64,000 nt of DNA from assembly GCA_035542575.1 (NCBI GenBank), contig DATKLE010000057.1, positions 1,627 to 65,626 of the forward strand. The letters are read 5' to 3'. Made by a program: the position numbers and the translations under genes. Below the pieces are notes generated by a model. The model was not told the origin of the DNA. It saw only the letters and a program-made list of their open reading frames with translations, and searched no databases. Of the stretch, positions 22,464-31,964 are shown one piece after another; position 1 is the first letter of the stretch; each line of letters opens with the position of its first letter. Source of the DNA: Terriglobales bacterium. GTDB lineage: Bacteria; Acidobacteriota; Terriglobia; Terriglobales; Acidobacteriaceae.

Positions 22464-22793
22464 ATGGCCGAGTCCCAGCAGGAGAAGCGGACCACCCGCC
22501 GGTTTGCCCTGCGGTTGCCGGTTTCCGTCAGCTACGAGGCGGACGGGGCGCAGGAGAAATCCGCCCAGACGCGAGACGTGAGCGCGCGCGGCATCTGCTT
22601 CTACGTGGACTCGGCGATCGCCGCGGGATCAGCCATTGAGTTCACCCTGACCCTCCCGCCCGAAATTACCTTGACCGAGAGCATTCGGGTGCGCTGCAAG
22701 GGCAAGGTGGTGCGAGTGGATGGCGGCGCGGCGGACGGCAAGGTAGCTGTGGCCGCGGTGATCGACGAATACGAGTTCCTCTCTGAATCCTGA
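22464..22793 (+). CDS. PilZ domain protein
   Basis: ATG at 22464 follows GGAGGGG. Both c-di-GMP binding motifs are intact: RTTRR (RxxxR) and DVSARG (DxSxxG). Confidence 0.75.
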   Translation: MAESQQEKRTTRRFALRLPVSVSYEADGAQEKSAQTRDVSARGICFYVDSAIAAGSAIEFTLTLPPEITLTESIRVRCKGKVVRVDGGAADGKVAVAAVIDEYEFLSES

Positions 22794-22903
22794 GCCGGTC
22801 TGGCCGGGGGCCGGCAACGGTCCAAATTGTCATCCTAGCGCCACTTCTATCCGGCCCTCGGCGGTGGTATCGTTGCCAATTATATTGTCCAGGTAGGAAG
22901 TCT

Positions 22904-24319
22904 TTGCCCCGTATTGGTCCCCAACTGTTGGTGATCTCCCTGTTGACGGGAATCTTTCTCCTGGGCCTGGCCGAAGCCCAGTCCCCTGCCAACATCGAGC
23001 GCGTGAGAGTGCTGCTGAACCAAACGCCTCCCGCGTTGGAGATCACCTGCAGCCATCCGGTCGTCCCCACGATCAAGAAGCTGGACGGGCCACCGCGCTT
23101 GGTGATTGATTTGCCCAACGCCATCATGTCGGTGCCTCGGAAGCGCATCGAGGTGCACAACGACCAGATCAGCGCGGTCCGGTTGAATCAGTATCAGAAG
23201 GCGCCGCCGGTGGTGCGCATCGTACTGGACCTGCTCAAGCCGAGCGACTACAGTTCGGATTTCGCCGGGAACCGCTTGACCGTCCGCTTGAGCCCTGCGG
23301 GTGTGAGTGTGGCCAGAAGGCCGGTGGAGCCACCTACCGTGCCCTCCTTTACCCGGGGTGTGCAGCCCGCAGTGATCCCTGTCAGCCCGGGGAATTCTGG
23401 CGCGGTGATCCTGGCCGGCAGTCGTCTGGCCAGCGGTTCCACGGTGACCGCGGGTAGCGACACAACCGTTCTCCGCCTTGGCCGGGGTGGGGAGGTGCGC
23501 GTGTGTCCAGGAACCACCGTATCGGTCACGTCGTCAGAAAACGGGCGCGATCTCATGCTGGGGATGAGCACCGGCGCCCTGGAAGCGCATTATCGGCTGG
23601 ATGCTTCCGCCGACTCGGTGCTGACGCCGGATTTCCGCATTCTACTGGCGGGCCCGGGTGAGTTCGACTACGCCATCAGCGCCGATGCGCGCGGCAACAC
23701 CTGCGTGCGGGCCCTGGGCGGCAATACGGCCTCGGTTATTGTGTCGGAACTGATGGGTGATGGTACCTACCAGGTCAAGCCTACGGATCAGATCATGTTT
23801 CACTCCGGACGGCTGAGTGCGGTGGACAAGGCGGTAACCGGCAGTTGCGGCTGTCCGGAGGCGCCCGTGCCGGTGATGCGCGCCTCGGCGCCGCCACCAC
23901 CTGTGGTCTCGGATGCGAACCTGCCCCACTCTATGCGCCTGGCTCCGCCGCAGGCAGAAGTGAACCCCATCCCACCCCCGGTATCAACCTCCGGCCTGCG
24001 AAGTGGCACGTCGCCCGGCCAGGTGACGGTGTCTGTCGCTGGTCCGGAGACTGCTGCCCTGCCCGCCTCCAAGCCCAACGATGTTCACGTGCAGGTGGAG
24101 GCACCGTTCGTCTTCCGCGCCAGCGATCCGTCGCCCGCACCGCCAGCGCCGATTGAGGCGGCACAACGCTTGTCGCTTACCTATTCCCTGGCGCCCTTGC
24201 CGGTGCAGACGACGGTATTGCCTCCCCCGCCGGCCCCGTCCCGGCAGGCCTTCGCCAAGTCTTCCCACCGCGGATTTTTCGGGAAGATCAAAGGCTTCTT
24301 CGCCGCCATCTTTCGCTAG
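22904..24319 (+). CDS. Secreted AMIN-domain protein with a FecR-like middle region and a Pro-rich tail
   Basis: TTG start (uncertain) and a signal-like N-terminus. The AMIN-like segment is VRVLLNQTPPALEI...PPRLVIDLPNA...VVRIVLDL. The C-terminal half is proline-rich. Confidence 0.65.
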   Translation: MPRIGPQLLVISLLTGIFLLGLAEAQSPANIERVRVLLNQTPPALEITCSHPVVPTIKKLDGPPRLVIDLPNAIMSVPRKRIEVHNDQISAVRLNQYQKAPPVVRIVLDLLKPSDYSSDFAGNRLTVRLSPAGVSVARRPVEPPTVPSFTRGVQPAVIPVSPGNSGAVILAGSRLASGSTVTAGSDTTVLRLGRGGEVRVCPGTTVSVTSSENGRDLMLGMSTGALEAHYRLDASADSVLTPDFRILLAGPGEFDYAISADARGNTCVRALGGNTASVIVSELMGDGTYQVKPTDQIMFHSGRLSAVDKAVTGSCGCPEAPVPVMRASAPPPPVVSDANLPHSMRLAPPQAEVNPIPPPVSTSGLRSGTSPGQVTVSVAGPETAALPASKPNDVHVQVEAPFVFRASDPSPAPPAPIEAAQRLSLTYSLAPLPVQTTVLPPPPAPSRQAFAKSSHRGFFGKIKGFFAAIFR

Positions 24320-24409
24320 AGACTGCCTTTCAGATTGCCAATCGATTGCGGGTGATGGGCATCACAGGCAACCCTGCCGGCCGGGACTATACTTAAAGCG
24401 GGAAATACT

Positions 24410-25297
24410 ATGTCGGTTGCGCAGCGGGCGCCGGTTGCACAGCGGCCTCCTGTGGCCGTGCAGAGCCCTGTTTTACCTACCCTGTTCGGCGAGGGCTATG
24501 GAGTTTACAGGGCCCGCCCAAGCGCATTTGTCTTTTCCTACATCGTTAACGTTCTGGTCGCCGCTTTGCTGGTCTGGTCGGGGCATTGGGCGGTCGAGCA
24601 TCACGAGCAGATCAAGCGGCAAGTGATGGGGCTGGTCACTGACGTTTCTCCGTATGTCCTGCCGCCGTCGGCCAGTGAGTCGGGGGGCGGGGGCGGAGGC
24701 GGGGATCGCGACAAGCTGCAGGCGTCCCGGGGATCGCCGCCCAGGTTCGCTCGCGAACAGATCACGCCACCCGCGGTGGTGGTGCGCAATGACAACCCGA
24801 AACTGGCATTTGAGCCGACGGTAGTGGGGCCGCCCGAGATCAAGTTGCCGCAGTTCGGCGTGGTTGGGGATCCGCTGTCCAACGTGCTCGGGCCGCCCTC
24901 CAACGGCACTGGTTCCGGCGGAGGCATCGGCAGTGGCAGCGGCGGCGGTGTCGGTTCGGGACGCGGCCCCGGCGTCGGCCCCGGAGAAGGCGGCGGGATC
25001 GGCGGTGGCCTCTATCGCGTGGGTGGAGGCGTGAGTGCGCCCCGCACACTCTATGCGCCCGAGCCTGAGTATTCCGAAGAGGCCCGCAAAGCCAAGTATC
25101 AGGGCACCCTCGTGTTGTGGATGATCGTAGGGGCGGATGGGCGTCCGCGGGATATAAGGGTCGCGCGCTCCCTCGGCATGGGGCTGGATGAGAAGGCTCT
25201 GGAAGCAGTCCGCACTTGGCGCTTCGAGCCGGCCCGCAAAGACGGCAAGCCGGTCGCTGTTCAGATCAACGTGGAAGTGATCTTCCGGCTGTACTGA
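24410..25297 (+). CDS. TonB family energy-transducer protein
   Basis: N-terminal TM anchor, a Gly/Pro-rich linker, and the C-terminal TonB domain (YSEEARKAKYQGTLVLWMIVGADGRPRDIRVARSLGMGLDEKALEAVRTWRFEPA). Confidence 0.85.
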   Translation: MSVAQRAPVAQRPPVAVQSPVLPTLFGEGYGVYRARPSAFVFSYIVNVLVAALLVWSGHWAVEHHEQIKRQVMGLVTDVSPYVLPPSASESGGGGGGGDRDKLQASRGSPPRFAREQITPPAVVVRNDNPKLAFEPTVVGPPEIKLPQFGVVGDPLSNVLGPPSNGTGSGGGIGSGSGGGVGSGRGPGVGPGEGGGIGGGLYRVGGGVSAPRTLYAPEPEYSEEARKAKYQGTLVLWMIVGADGRPRDIRVARSLGMGLDEKALEAVRTWRFEPARKDGKPVAVQINVEVIFRLY

Positions 25298-25372
25298 GGA
25301 GTGGCGAGTAGCGTGCAGTGAGTAGCGAGCCGTCTTGGCCGTTGCTCACTACCCAGTGCTCGCTGCTTACTC
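25298..25372. repeat. Imperfect hairpin built from GAGTRGC-type heptamers between the convergent tonB and ytxH genes
   Basis: GTGGCGA GTAGCGT GCAGTGA GTAGCGA (25301-25328) opposes TGCTCAC TACCCAG TGCTCGC TGCTTAC (25343-25370). The right arm overlaps the ytxH stop codon. Confidence 0.65.
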
Positions 25373-25672
25373 CCGTCGCAGCGCTCGTCCCAACGGCGCC
25401 ACTTTCTCCCGTGCGGCTCCGCGCACTTCTTCCGCCAGCTCCGCACCCCGATGGAGGACGTCTTCGGCACGCTCTTTGGCTTCGTCCTTCCACTCATCCA
25501 GCGTGTCCAGGGCACCCTCGTACTTGCGCCGCAGATCCCTGCGCAACTGCTTACCGCTTTTGGGAGCCAGCAACAACGCCACCAGTGCTCCGGCGCCCAT
25601 GCCGATCAGCAGGAAGGTGACTGCGATCCCCACATTGCTCTTGTCCGAAGGCTCATATCTTCCAAAACGCAT
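25367..25672 (-). CDS. YtxH domain-containing membrane protein
   Basis: TM helix followed by LLAPKSGKQLRRDLRRK and a long charged helix, which is the typical YtxH layout. Confidence 0.7.
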   Translation of the reverse strand: MRFGRYEPSDKSNVGIAVTFLLIGMGAGALVALLLAPKSGKQLRRDLRRKYEGALDTLDEWKDEAKERAEDVLHRGAELAEEVRGAAREKVAPLGRALRRE

Positions 25673-25913
25673 AAGGCCATCCTTTCCACTCGCACAAAGA
25701 CTCTCCTACATTCATTCTAGCTGTCTGGCTGGCCCCGGAGACGGGCAAATTCCGCTGGGGGAGAGAACACCGGTAATCCGCATTTCCCAAATCGGCTCAA
25801 GCCCGTGTAAAATAAAGAGTTGATCCCTGCAGGTGCGGCGTGAAATGGGGCTTGCCCGCCTTCCGCCGACCCATTCGCCGAATCACGCAATCATTAAGGA
25901 GAGTTACTTCGCA

Positions 25914-26474
25914 ATGGCTATTCCCGCGACCCAGCTTCGCCCCGGCATGATCATCAAGCACAACAATGATCTGCATTCCGTGTTCAGCGTCGAGCACCGC
26001 ACGCCTGGGAACTTGCGTGCGTTCATCCAGGCCAAACTGCGCAACCTGCGGACCGGCGCCATGTTCGAGCACCGCTTCCGCTCCCCCGACCCGATCGAGA
26101 AGATCAACGTGGACGAAGTCGAGATGGAGTATCTCTACAGCGACGGCGATGCGTATTACTTCATGGATACCTCCAACTACGAGCAGACGCACCTGACCAG
26201 GGACATCCTGGGCGATGCGGTTGACTACCTCATCCCCAACTTGCAGATCAAGGTGGAGTTCTTCGACGGCAAGGCGGTGGGAATCGAGTTGCCGCAAACC
26301 GTGGAATTGACGGTGATCGAGACTGAACCCGGGTTGAAGAGCGCGACCGCCTCCAGTGTTACCAAGCCCGCCAAGACCGAGACCGGGCTGGTGGTGCAGG
26401 TGCCGCCGTTCATCAATGAGGGCGAGAAGATCCGGGTGGACACGGCGGAAGGTGTCTATTTGTCGCGGGCGTGA
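25914..26474 (+). CDS. efp: Translation elongation factor P
   Basis: ATG at 25914 follows the SD AAGGAGAG. It is full-length EF-P-like (186 aa) with the C-terminus VPPFINEGEKIRVDTAEGVYLSRA. Confidence 0.93.
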   Translation: MAIPATQLRPGMIIKHNNDLHSVFSVEHRTPGNLRAFIQAKLRNLRTGAMFEHRFRSPDPIEKINVDEVEMEYLYSDGDAYYFMDTSNYEQTHLTRDILGDAVDYLIPNLQIKVEFFDGKAVGIELPQTVELTVIETEPGLKSATASSVTKPAKTETGLVVQVPPFINEGEKIRVDTAEGVYLSRA

Positions 26475-26597
26475 TTGTGCGATTCTCATAAGGCAGGGCA
26501 AGAGGCTGTGATCATGCGACCTTTCTCGGGTAGGAGCTGGAGATCACGCCGTCGCGCAGGAAACGAACATAACGGTGATCTTTTCTCTGCCGAACCG

Positions 26598-26900
26598 ATG
26601 ATGTCTGCGGAACAACACCCGACCCAGGCCCGCCGCTTCTTGGTGCGCGGACGTGTGCAGGGGGTTGGCTTCCGCTGGTTTGTGGAGCGGGAAGCCCACA
26701 TTCTCGGCATTGCCGGATGGGTGCGCAATAATCCCGACAGCAGCGTGGAAGTGTTCGCCGTCGGCACCCGCGACCAGCTTTCCGGTTTGCGGTCGCGCCT
26801 GCGCGAGGGCCCGCGGGCGGCGCGCGTGGACGAGGTCGAAGAATTTGAGGCCAAGCCAGTCCCCGGCCTGAGCGCATTTCGTATTGAAGGAGCGTGGTAG
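26598..26900 (+). CDS. acyP: Acylphosphatase
   Basis: Signature VRGRVQGVGFRWFV...GWVRN. The stop TAG directly abuts the apt ATG. Confidence 0.85.
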   Translation: MMSAEQHPTQARRFLVRGRVQGVGFRWFVEREAHILGIAGWVRNNPDSSVEVFAVGTRDQLSGLRSRLREGPRAARVDEVEEFEAKPVPGLSAFRIEGAW

Positions 26901-27443
26901 ATGTCCAAGTCGGGTTTGAATTCCGATCAACTCAAGAAACTGATCCGAGAAGTGCCCGATTTCCCCAAGAAGGGGATCCTGTTCTACGACATCACCACTC
27001 TCCTCAAAGACAAGCGGGGCTTCGCCACGCTGATTGATCAACTGGCCGAGCACTACATTGGCAAGAAGATTGATTTGATTCTGGGGATGGAAGCCCGCGG
27101 CTTTATCTTCGGCCCCGCGCTGGCCTACCGCCTGAACGCCGGCTTTGTGCCGGTGCGCAAGCCCGGCAAGCTTCCCGCCGCCACCGCCAACGTGGAGTAC
27201 AAACTGGAATACGGCAGCAACGCGCTCGAGGTCCACAAAGACGCCATCCAGTCCGGCCAGCGCGTCCTTATCGTGGACGACTTGCTGGCGACCGGCGGTA
27301 CCGCCCAGGCCACCGTCAAGCTCGCCACTTCACTGGGCGCGGAAATCTCAGGCCTGGGATTTGTGGTGGAATTGGATTTTCTTAAGGGCCGGGAAAAGCT
27401 GAAGGGCTACGACGTCTTCTCGCTACTGCACTACGACAAATAA
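26901..27443 (+). CDS. apt: Adenine phosphoribosyltransferase
   Basis: PRPP-binding motif [13 protein letters not shown], in a 180-aa Apt-like sequence. Confidence 0.95.
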   Translation: MSKSGLNSDQLKKLIREVPDFPKKGILFYDITTLLKDKRGFATLIDQLAEHYIGKKIDLILGMEARGFIFGPALAYRLNAGFVPVRKPGKLPAATANVEYKLEYGSNALEVHKDAIQSGQRVLIVDDLLATGGTAQATVKLATSLGAEISGLGFVVELDFLKGREKLKGYDVFSLLHYDK

Positions 27444-27467
27444 TCGAAGGGCCGGAGCCACCGCCAT

Positions 27468-27695
27468 TTACCTAAGGAGTCGCGCAATCAGCATTCCAAT
27501 TGCGGTCCAGCCCGCAATGCTGACCCCTGCCATGATGGCGAGACCCATGATCATGTCCCAGTTGGTGCCTTGCCGGTGAATGGAATGCGGAAGGCCTTGC
27601 ACGCCAGTATCGCGCGAGGCCTGGCGGGAAACGCAGAAGACTTGGCGCGGCGCCCGTGGCGGCGGATATTGCGAGCTTGATGGGATGGGATTCAT
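27468..27695 (-). CDS. Possible small tail-anchored membrane protein (hypothetical)
   Basis: Only codon bias and one C-terminal hydrophobic helix (IMGLAIMAGVSIAGWTAIGMLIARLL) support it. The start is uncertain (27695 or 27773). Confidence 0.35.
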   Translation of the reverse strand: MNPIPSSSQYPPPRAPRQVFCVSRQASRDTGVQGLPHSIHRQGTNWDMIMGLAIMAGVSIAGWTAIGMLIARLLR

Positions 27696-27846
27696 CAAGT
27701 TCCAGTCAGATTGCTTTCTTTCAAGATCTGAGTATTGCAGAGCGGTTCGGCGCCTGGCACACCAATCGGTCAAAATCTTGTAAAAGTTCCTTTACAAAGA
27801 AGCGGTCAACGCTGAGATGCGATTCTTGTGGGCGCGGAGACGCGCT

Positions 27847-28107
27847 TTACTCGGGACCGGTAACTACCAGCACAGCATCCTTTGCCAGATAGCTCTTGCG
27901 CCGGAACCAGTCTTCCATGGCATGGCTCAACTGATCGATCGGGACATGCGTGCCGATCTCCATCACGCCATCGGCCACCGGCAAGGTGTCATCAAACACG
28001 CTGGCATTGGTGAAGTTGCGCATGGAGAAGCTGTCCAGCCACTTGAGCGGGCAGGAATGGCGCTGGCCGTCATGTTCGTACTCCACGCGGATTTTGCGGG
28101 CAAACAT
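27847..28107 (-). CDS. Hypothetical 86-aa protein downstream of the radical SAM gene
   Basis: ATG start, high GC3, 43 nt downstream of the radical SAM stop on the same strand. I recognise no motif. Confidence 0.55.
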   Translation of the reverse strand: MFARKIRVEYEHDGQRHSCPLKWLDSFSMRNFTNASVFDDTLPVADGVMEIGTHVPIDQLSHAMEDWFRRKSYLAKDAVLVVTGPE

Positions 28108-28150
28108 GCTCAGGATTTAACCACAGAGGACATGCGGGGCGCAGGCGCGC

Positions 28151-29221
28151 TCAGGTGTCAATCTGCACCAGCGGACCCTCGGCCTGGGGTGAAGGAAGCG
28201 AGCCCCAGCGCGACGGCATCACCGCTCCCGCCTTCAGCCGGTTGGCGGCGGAACCGATCGCGATAGAGGCCCGTACCAGGTGTCCGGCCTTCAAGGGTCC
28301 CAGCAGCGCGAAATCTCTCAAGTGGTGCACGCCGGCAGTCACCGCACAGCCGCATTGGCTGCAATCCGGCGTGCCCCCGAAGATGCAGGGCTCGACCCGG
28401 GTGCGCAAGTCGGCCGTGTAGTTGGTGGACATCTTGGAGAACAGGCACGCCCGCGGGTGGGACGGCGGAGAAAGCAGAGCTTTTGCCAGGCTCGGGGTCA
28501 TCAGCAGCTTCGGATGTCTTGCTGATAACCCTGGCAACTCCTGCGCCAGCCGGTGGCGGTCTTCGGCAGTGAGCTTCTCCGCGCTCTCCTCCCCCACCTG
28601 CGGACTGTAAAGGCTTACCCAGATACGGCTCACCTCCGGACGCGCTTCCCAGAAAGCCATAAATTCTCCCAGGTATCCGGAGCGCTGCAGCATGGGGTGG
28701 GTAATGGTGCAGTGGATGTTCACCTGGCGGCCTTCGATGTTCTTCAGGATGCGCTCGTAGGTGGCGGGGGCGCGGCGTACATTGTGGTGCTCGGGCAATC
28801 CATCCACGGAAACCGCCACCCGCAATCTCGGCAGCTTCATCCACTCCTGGGGAATGGGAATCACGGCGCTGGTAACGACCATCACAAAGCGCCCGCGAGA
28901 GCTGAGTTCGGGAAGAATGCGGCTGAGCTCCCGGTGGCGGACCAGCGGCTCGCCCCCGACCAGCGACACGTGCAGGGCCTTGTGCTTCTCCACCAGTTTC
29001 AGAACACCTTCCACCAGGGCGTCGCCGCGATAATCCGACAACTCGCGCAGCGTCTGGCCTCCGCCGAGATGGTCCTCGCCATAGGCGTAGCAGCCGGGAC
29101 AGTGCAGCGGGCACTCGCGGGTAATCTCGATGGAAAGCATGGGAGCGCTTCCACTGAGAATGTTCCACCAGGCGGCGAGCATCTCCCCCACAGAAATGCC
29201 GGGACGAGAGTTGGTTTGCAT
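28151..29221 (-). CDS. Radical SAM protein with a C-terminal Cys cluster
   Basis: The CxxxCxxC motif is CPLHCPGC in IEITRECPLHCPGCYA. GGEPL is present, and the C-terminal cluster is CIFGGTPDCSQCGC. The subfamily is not assignable by eye. Confidence 0.85.
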   Translation of the reverse strand: MQTNSRPGISVGEMLAAWWNILSGSAPMLSIEITRECPLHCPGCYAYGEDHLGGGQTLRELSDYRGDALVEGVLKLVEKHKALHVSLVGGEPLVRHRELSRILPELSSRGRFVMVVTSAVIPIPQEWMKLPRLRVAVSVDGLPEHHNVRRAPATYERILKNIEGRQVNIHCTITHPMLQRSGYLGEFMAFWEARPEVSRIWVSLYSPQVGEESAEKLTAEDRHRLAQELPGLSARHPKLLMTPSLAKALLSPPSHPRACLFSKMSTNYTADLRTRVEPCIFGGTPDCSQCGCAVTAGVHHLRDFALLGPLKAGHLVRASIAIGSAANRLKAGAVMPSRWGSLPSPQAEGPLVQIDT

Positions 29222-29258
29222 TGGTCGGTTAGATGCAGTTGTATCACAACGCGGCAGG

Positions 29259-29292
29259 AAAAAAGCAAAGGCCGGAGATCGCCCCCGGCCTT
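29259..29292 (-). terminator. Rho-independent terminator of pckG
   Basis: On the minus strand the sequence is AAGGCCGG-gggcgatct-CCGGCCTT followed by TGCTTTTTTCC. The stem arms are 29268-29275 and 29285-29292. Confidence 0.7.
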
Positions 29293-29314
29293 CGACAACA
29301 ATTTAAAGGGGCAG

Positions 29315-31147
29315 CTACTTTTTGGCCGCCTTCAGGCGCGCCTCCAGATCGTCGACCTCGCGGCTCAAGCCTTCGGGAAGATGGCTGCCGAATTTGGCGA
29401 AATGCTCCCGGATCAGCGGCACTTCAGCAAGCCAGCCGTCCAAGTCGACGCTGAGCAGCTTGGCAAGATTGGCAGAAGAAAGGTCCAGACTTTGCAGGTC
29501 AAGGTCGGTGGTGCCGGGAAGGCGTCCAATGGGCGTGTCTACGGCCTTTGCTTTGCCTTCGCAGCGCTCGAAGATCCACTTCAGCACCCGGCTGTTCTCG
29601 CCATACCCCGGCCACAGGAACTTGCCTTTCTCGTCGGTGCGGAACCAGTTCACGTAATAAATCCTGGGCAGCTTCGCGCCGGGTTTGGCGCCGATCTTGA
29701 GGTAATGCGCGAAGTAGTCGCCCATGTTGTAGCCGCAGAAAGGCAGCATGGCCATGGGGTCGCGCCGCAGCTGACCGACCTTGCCGGCCGCGGCCGCGGT
29801 GGTTTCGCTGCTGGCGGTGGCGCCCAGGAAGGTGCCGTGCTGCCAGCTGAAAGCCTCGATCACCAGGGGAACAACTCCGGCGCGGCGTCCGCCGAACAGG
29901 ATGGCGTCAATGGGAACGCCCTTGGGATCCTCCCACTCGGGCGCGATCACCGGGCACTGCCGCGCGGGCGTGGTGAAACGGGCGTTGGGATGCGCCGCTT
30001 TGCGCCCTGAGCCCGCGGTCCAGGGCCGACGCAGCCAGTCCATCAACTCGGCAGGCTTTTCGTCGGTCATGGCTTCCCACCAAACGTCGCCGTCCGGGGT
30101 CATGGCGCAGTTGGTGAAGATGGAATTCTTTGTGGCGGTGAGCATGGCGTTACGGTTGGACTTCATGCTCGTGCCAGGGGCCACGCCGAAGAAGCCGTAT
30201 TCGGGATTGATGGCATAGAGCCGGCCGTCGGCGCCGAACTTCATCCAGGCGATGTCGTCGCCTATGGTTTCCACCTTCCAGCCGGGAATCGTGGGGATCA
30301 GCATGGCCAGGTTGGTTTTGCCGCAGGCCGAAGGGAAGGCGCCGGTCATGTACCTGACTTGGTCGGAGGGGCTGGTCATTTTCAGGATGAGCATGTGCTC
30401 GGCCATCCAGCCCTCGTCGCGGGCCTGCACCGAGGCGATGCGCAGCGCGTGACACTTCTTGCCCAGCAGCGCGTTGCCGCCGTAGCCCGAGCCGTAGGAC
30501 CAGATCTCCCGCGTGTCCGGGAAGTGGCAGATGTATTTCTCCTGCGGGTTGTTGGGCCAAGGTGTGTCCTGATCGTTCGGGCCAAGCGGCGCGCCGACGG
30601 AATGCAGCCCTTTGACAAACTCGCCGTCTTCGCCCAGCACTTCCAGCACCCGCGTACCCACCCGAGCCATGATGTGCATATTGGCGACGACGTAGGGTGA
30701 GTCGGTGATCTCGACTCCGATCTTGGCGATGGGGGAGCCGATTGGGCCCATGCTGTAAGGGATCACATAGAGGGTGCGTCCGGTCATCGAGCCGCTGTAA
30801 AGCCCCTTCAGCTTCTCCGTCATCTTGACCGGGTCTTCCCAGTTGTTGGTCGGACCAGCTTCGTCTTTGGTGCGGGCGCAAATGAAGGTTCGGTCCTCGA
30901 CGCGGGCCACGTCTGCGGGATTCGACCGTACCAGAACGCTGTTGGGACGCCTGTCCTCGGCCAAAGGAATCGCCGTGCCGGCCAGAATCATGAGCCGGAG
31001 CATGGCCTGGTACTCCTCCTGCGACCCGTCGCACCAGTGAATGCGGTCCGGTTTGCACATCTGCGCGACCTCATCCACCCATTGCGCCAAACGCTTGTGT
31101 TTGCGTTCGCGGGGGGCGGTTTCAACTTCCAACGTAAGACTGGACAT
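29315..31147 (-). CDS. pckG: Phosphoenolpyruvate carboxykinase (GTP)
   Basis: 610-aa GTP-PEPCK with the kinase-1a motif FPSACGKTN. The SD AGGAG (complement of 31156-31160) is upstream. Confidence 0.95.
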   Translation of the reverse strand: MSSLTLEVETAPRERKHKRLAQWVDEVAQMCKPDRIHWCDGSQEEYQAMLRLMILAGTAIPLAEDRRPNSVLVRSNPADVARVEDRTFICARTKDEAGPTNNWEDPVKMTEKLKGLYSGSMTGRTLYVIPYSMGPIGSPIAKIGVEITDSPYVVANMHIMARVGTRVLEVLGEDGEFVKGLHSVGAPLGPNDQDTPWPNNPQEKYICHFPDTREIWSYGSGYGGNALLGKKCHALRIASVQARDEGWMAEHMLILKMTSPSDQVRYMTGAFPSACGKTNLAMLIPTIPGWKVETIGDDIAWMKFGADGRLYAINPEYGFFGVAPGTSMKSNRNAMLTATKNSIFTNCAMTPDGDVWWEAMTDEKPAELMDWLRRPWTAGSGRKAAHPNARFTTPARQCPVIAPEWEDPKGVPIDAILFGGRRAGVVPLVIEAFSWQHGTFLGATASSETTAAAAGKVGQLRRDPMAMLPFCGYNMGDYFAHYLKIGAKPGAKLPRIYYVNWFRTDEKGKFLWPGYGENSRVLKWIFERCEGKAKAVDTPIGRLPGTTDLDLQSLDLSSANLAKLLSVDLDGWLAEVPLIREHFAKFGSHLPEGLSREVDDLEARLKAAKK

Positions 31148-31432
31148 AAAGGCGTCTCCTCGAGCGGCTAAATCGCGGTCGCGCTATCAGGCACTACGCA
31201 CACAAAAAGAAACAGCTATAAGAACAAGGGCAGTATTGTCCCTCATTTGCAAGGACGTTCCAAGTGCCGGACGCGCCCCTGCCACTAGCACCCGTACACG
31301 CTAACTGAAGTTATTGTCTCGAGTGGGGTCTGTTGAGGCAGTGCGTCAGCGCACAACTGGTTGTGATGCATGCACTTGGCCGATGTTCGGAGCTAGAGGG
31401 ACGTGCCAAGAAAGGCGCAGCTCCTGTCTGAG

Positions 31433-31801
31433 CTAAGGTCCGACTCGGGAGGGGGTCTGTGCCTGCGCTTCGGCCACCACGGCCTCCGAATGCTTGAGGG
31501 TCTCATCCACCGTGAGCGAGTACATCTCACGTCCCACGCCCTCGCCCGACTCTAGCACGTGCTTAAGGTAATGGCCGGCAATCTCAGTGGCCAGCCGGTC
31601 GGTAATGACTTTGCCGGTGCGGTTCTTGTACTCCACCCAGGCGGGATGGGGCAGGGCAATCCACACCGGACGCCCGTCCACCAGGAACTTGATGTCCACC
31701 GCGTCGGCATGACGCGTGGCAATGGCCACGATCAGCGCCTGATAAAGGCAGTGCACCGGCTTCCTGCTCCAGCGGTCAACGGCTTGGAAATCCGCGTACA
31801 T
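31433..31801 (-). CDS. Hypothetical protein
   Basis: 122-aa ORF with ATG start and reasonable codon bias. No motif recognised. Confidence 0.5.
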   Translation of the reverse strand: MYADFQAVDRWSRKPVHCLYQALIVAIATRHADAVDIKFLVDGRPVWIALPHPAWVEYKNRTGKVITDRLATEIAGHYLKHVLESGEGVGREMYSLTVDETLKHSEAVVAEAQAQTPSRVGP

Positions 31802-31964
31802 GTTCCTAGAAAACTATATCGGAGCCAAGGCGACGCCGGCAAACCGGCTCAATGCGTGAGATGGAGGCGGCAGGCTCGGCAGTCTATTTCCCGAATCTGC
31901 AACTACCAGCTCGGAATCAGAACTTCGCTGTGTCTCCGGCGTGCGCGTGAATTATGATTTTGCC

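Noticed and set aside
27817-28266. 149-aa plus-strand ORF spanning the gap between the 86-aa ORF and the radical SAM gene
   Set aside because: It overlaps both minus-strand genes in antisense and has junk-like composition. The minus-strand ORFs have better codon bias.
28158-29168. 336-aa alternative-frame ORF overlapping the radical SAM gene on the same strand
   Set aside because: The frame at 28151..29221 carries the CxxxCxxC and GGEPL motifs. The alternative frame is Arg/Pro/Gly-rich with no motifs. The same reasoning rejects 30150..31058 inside pckG.
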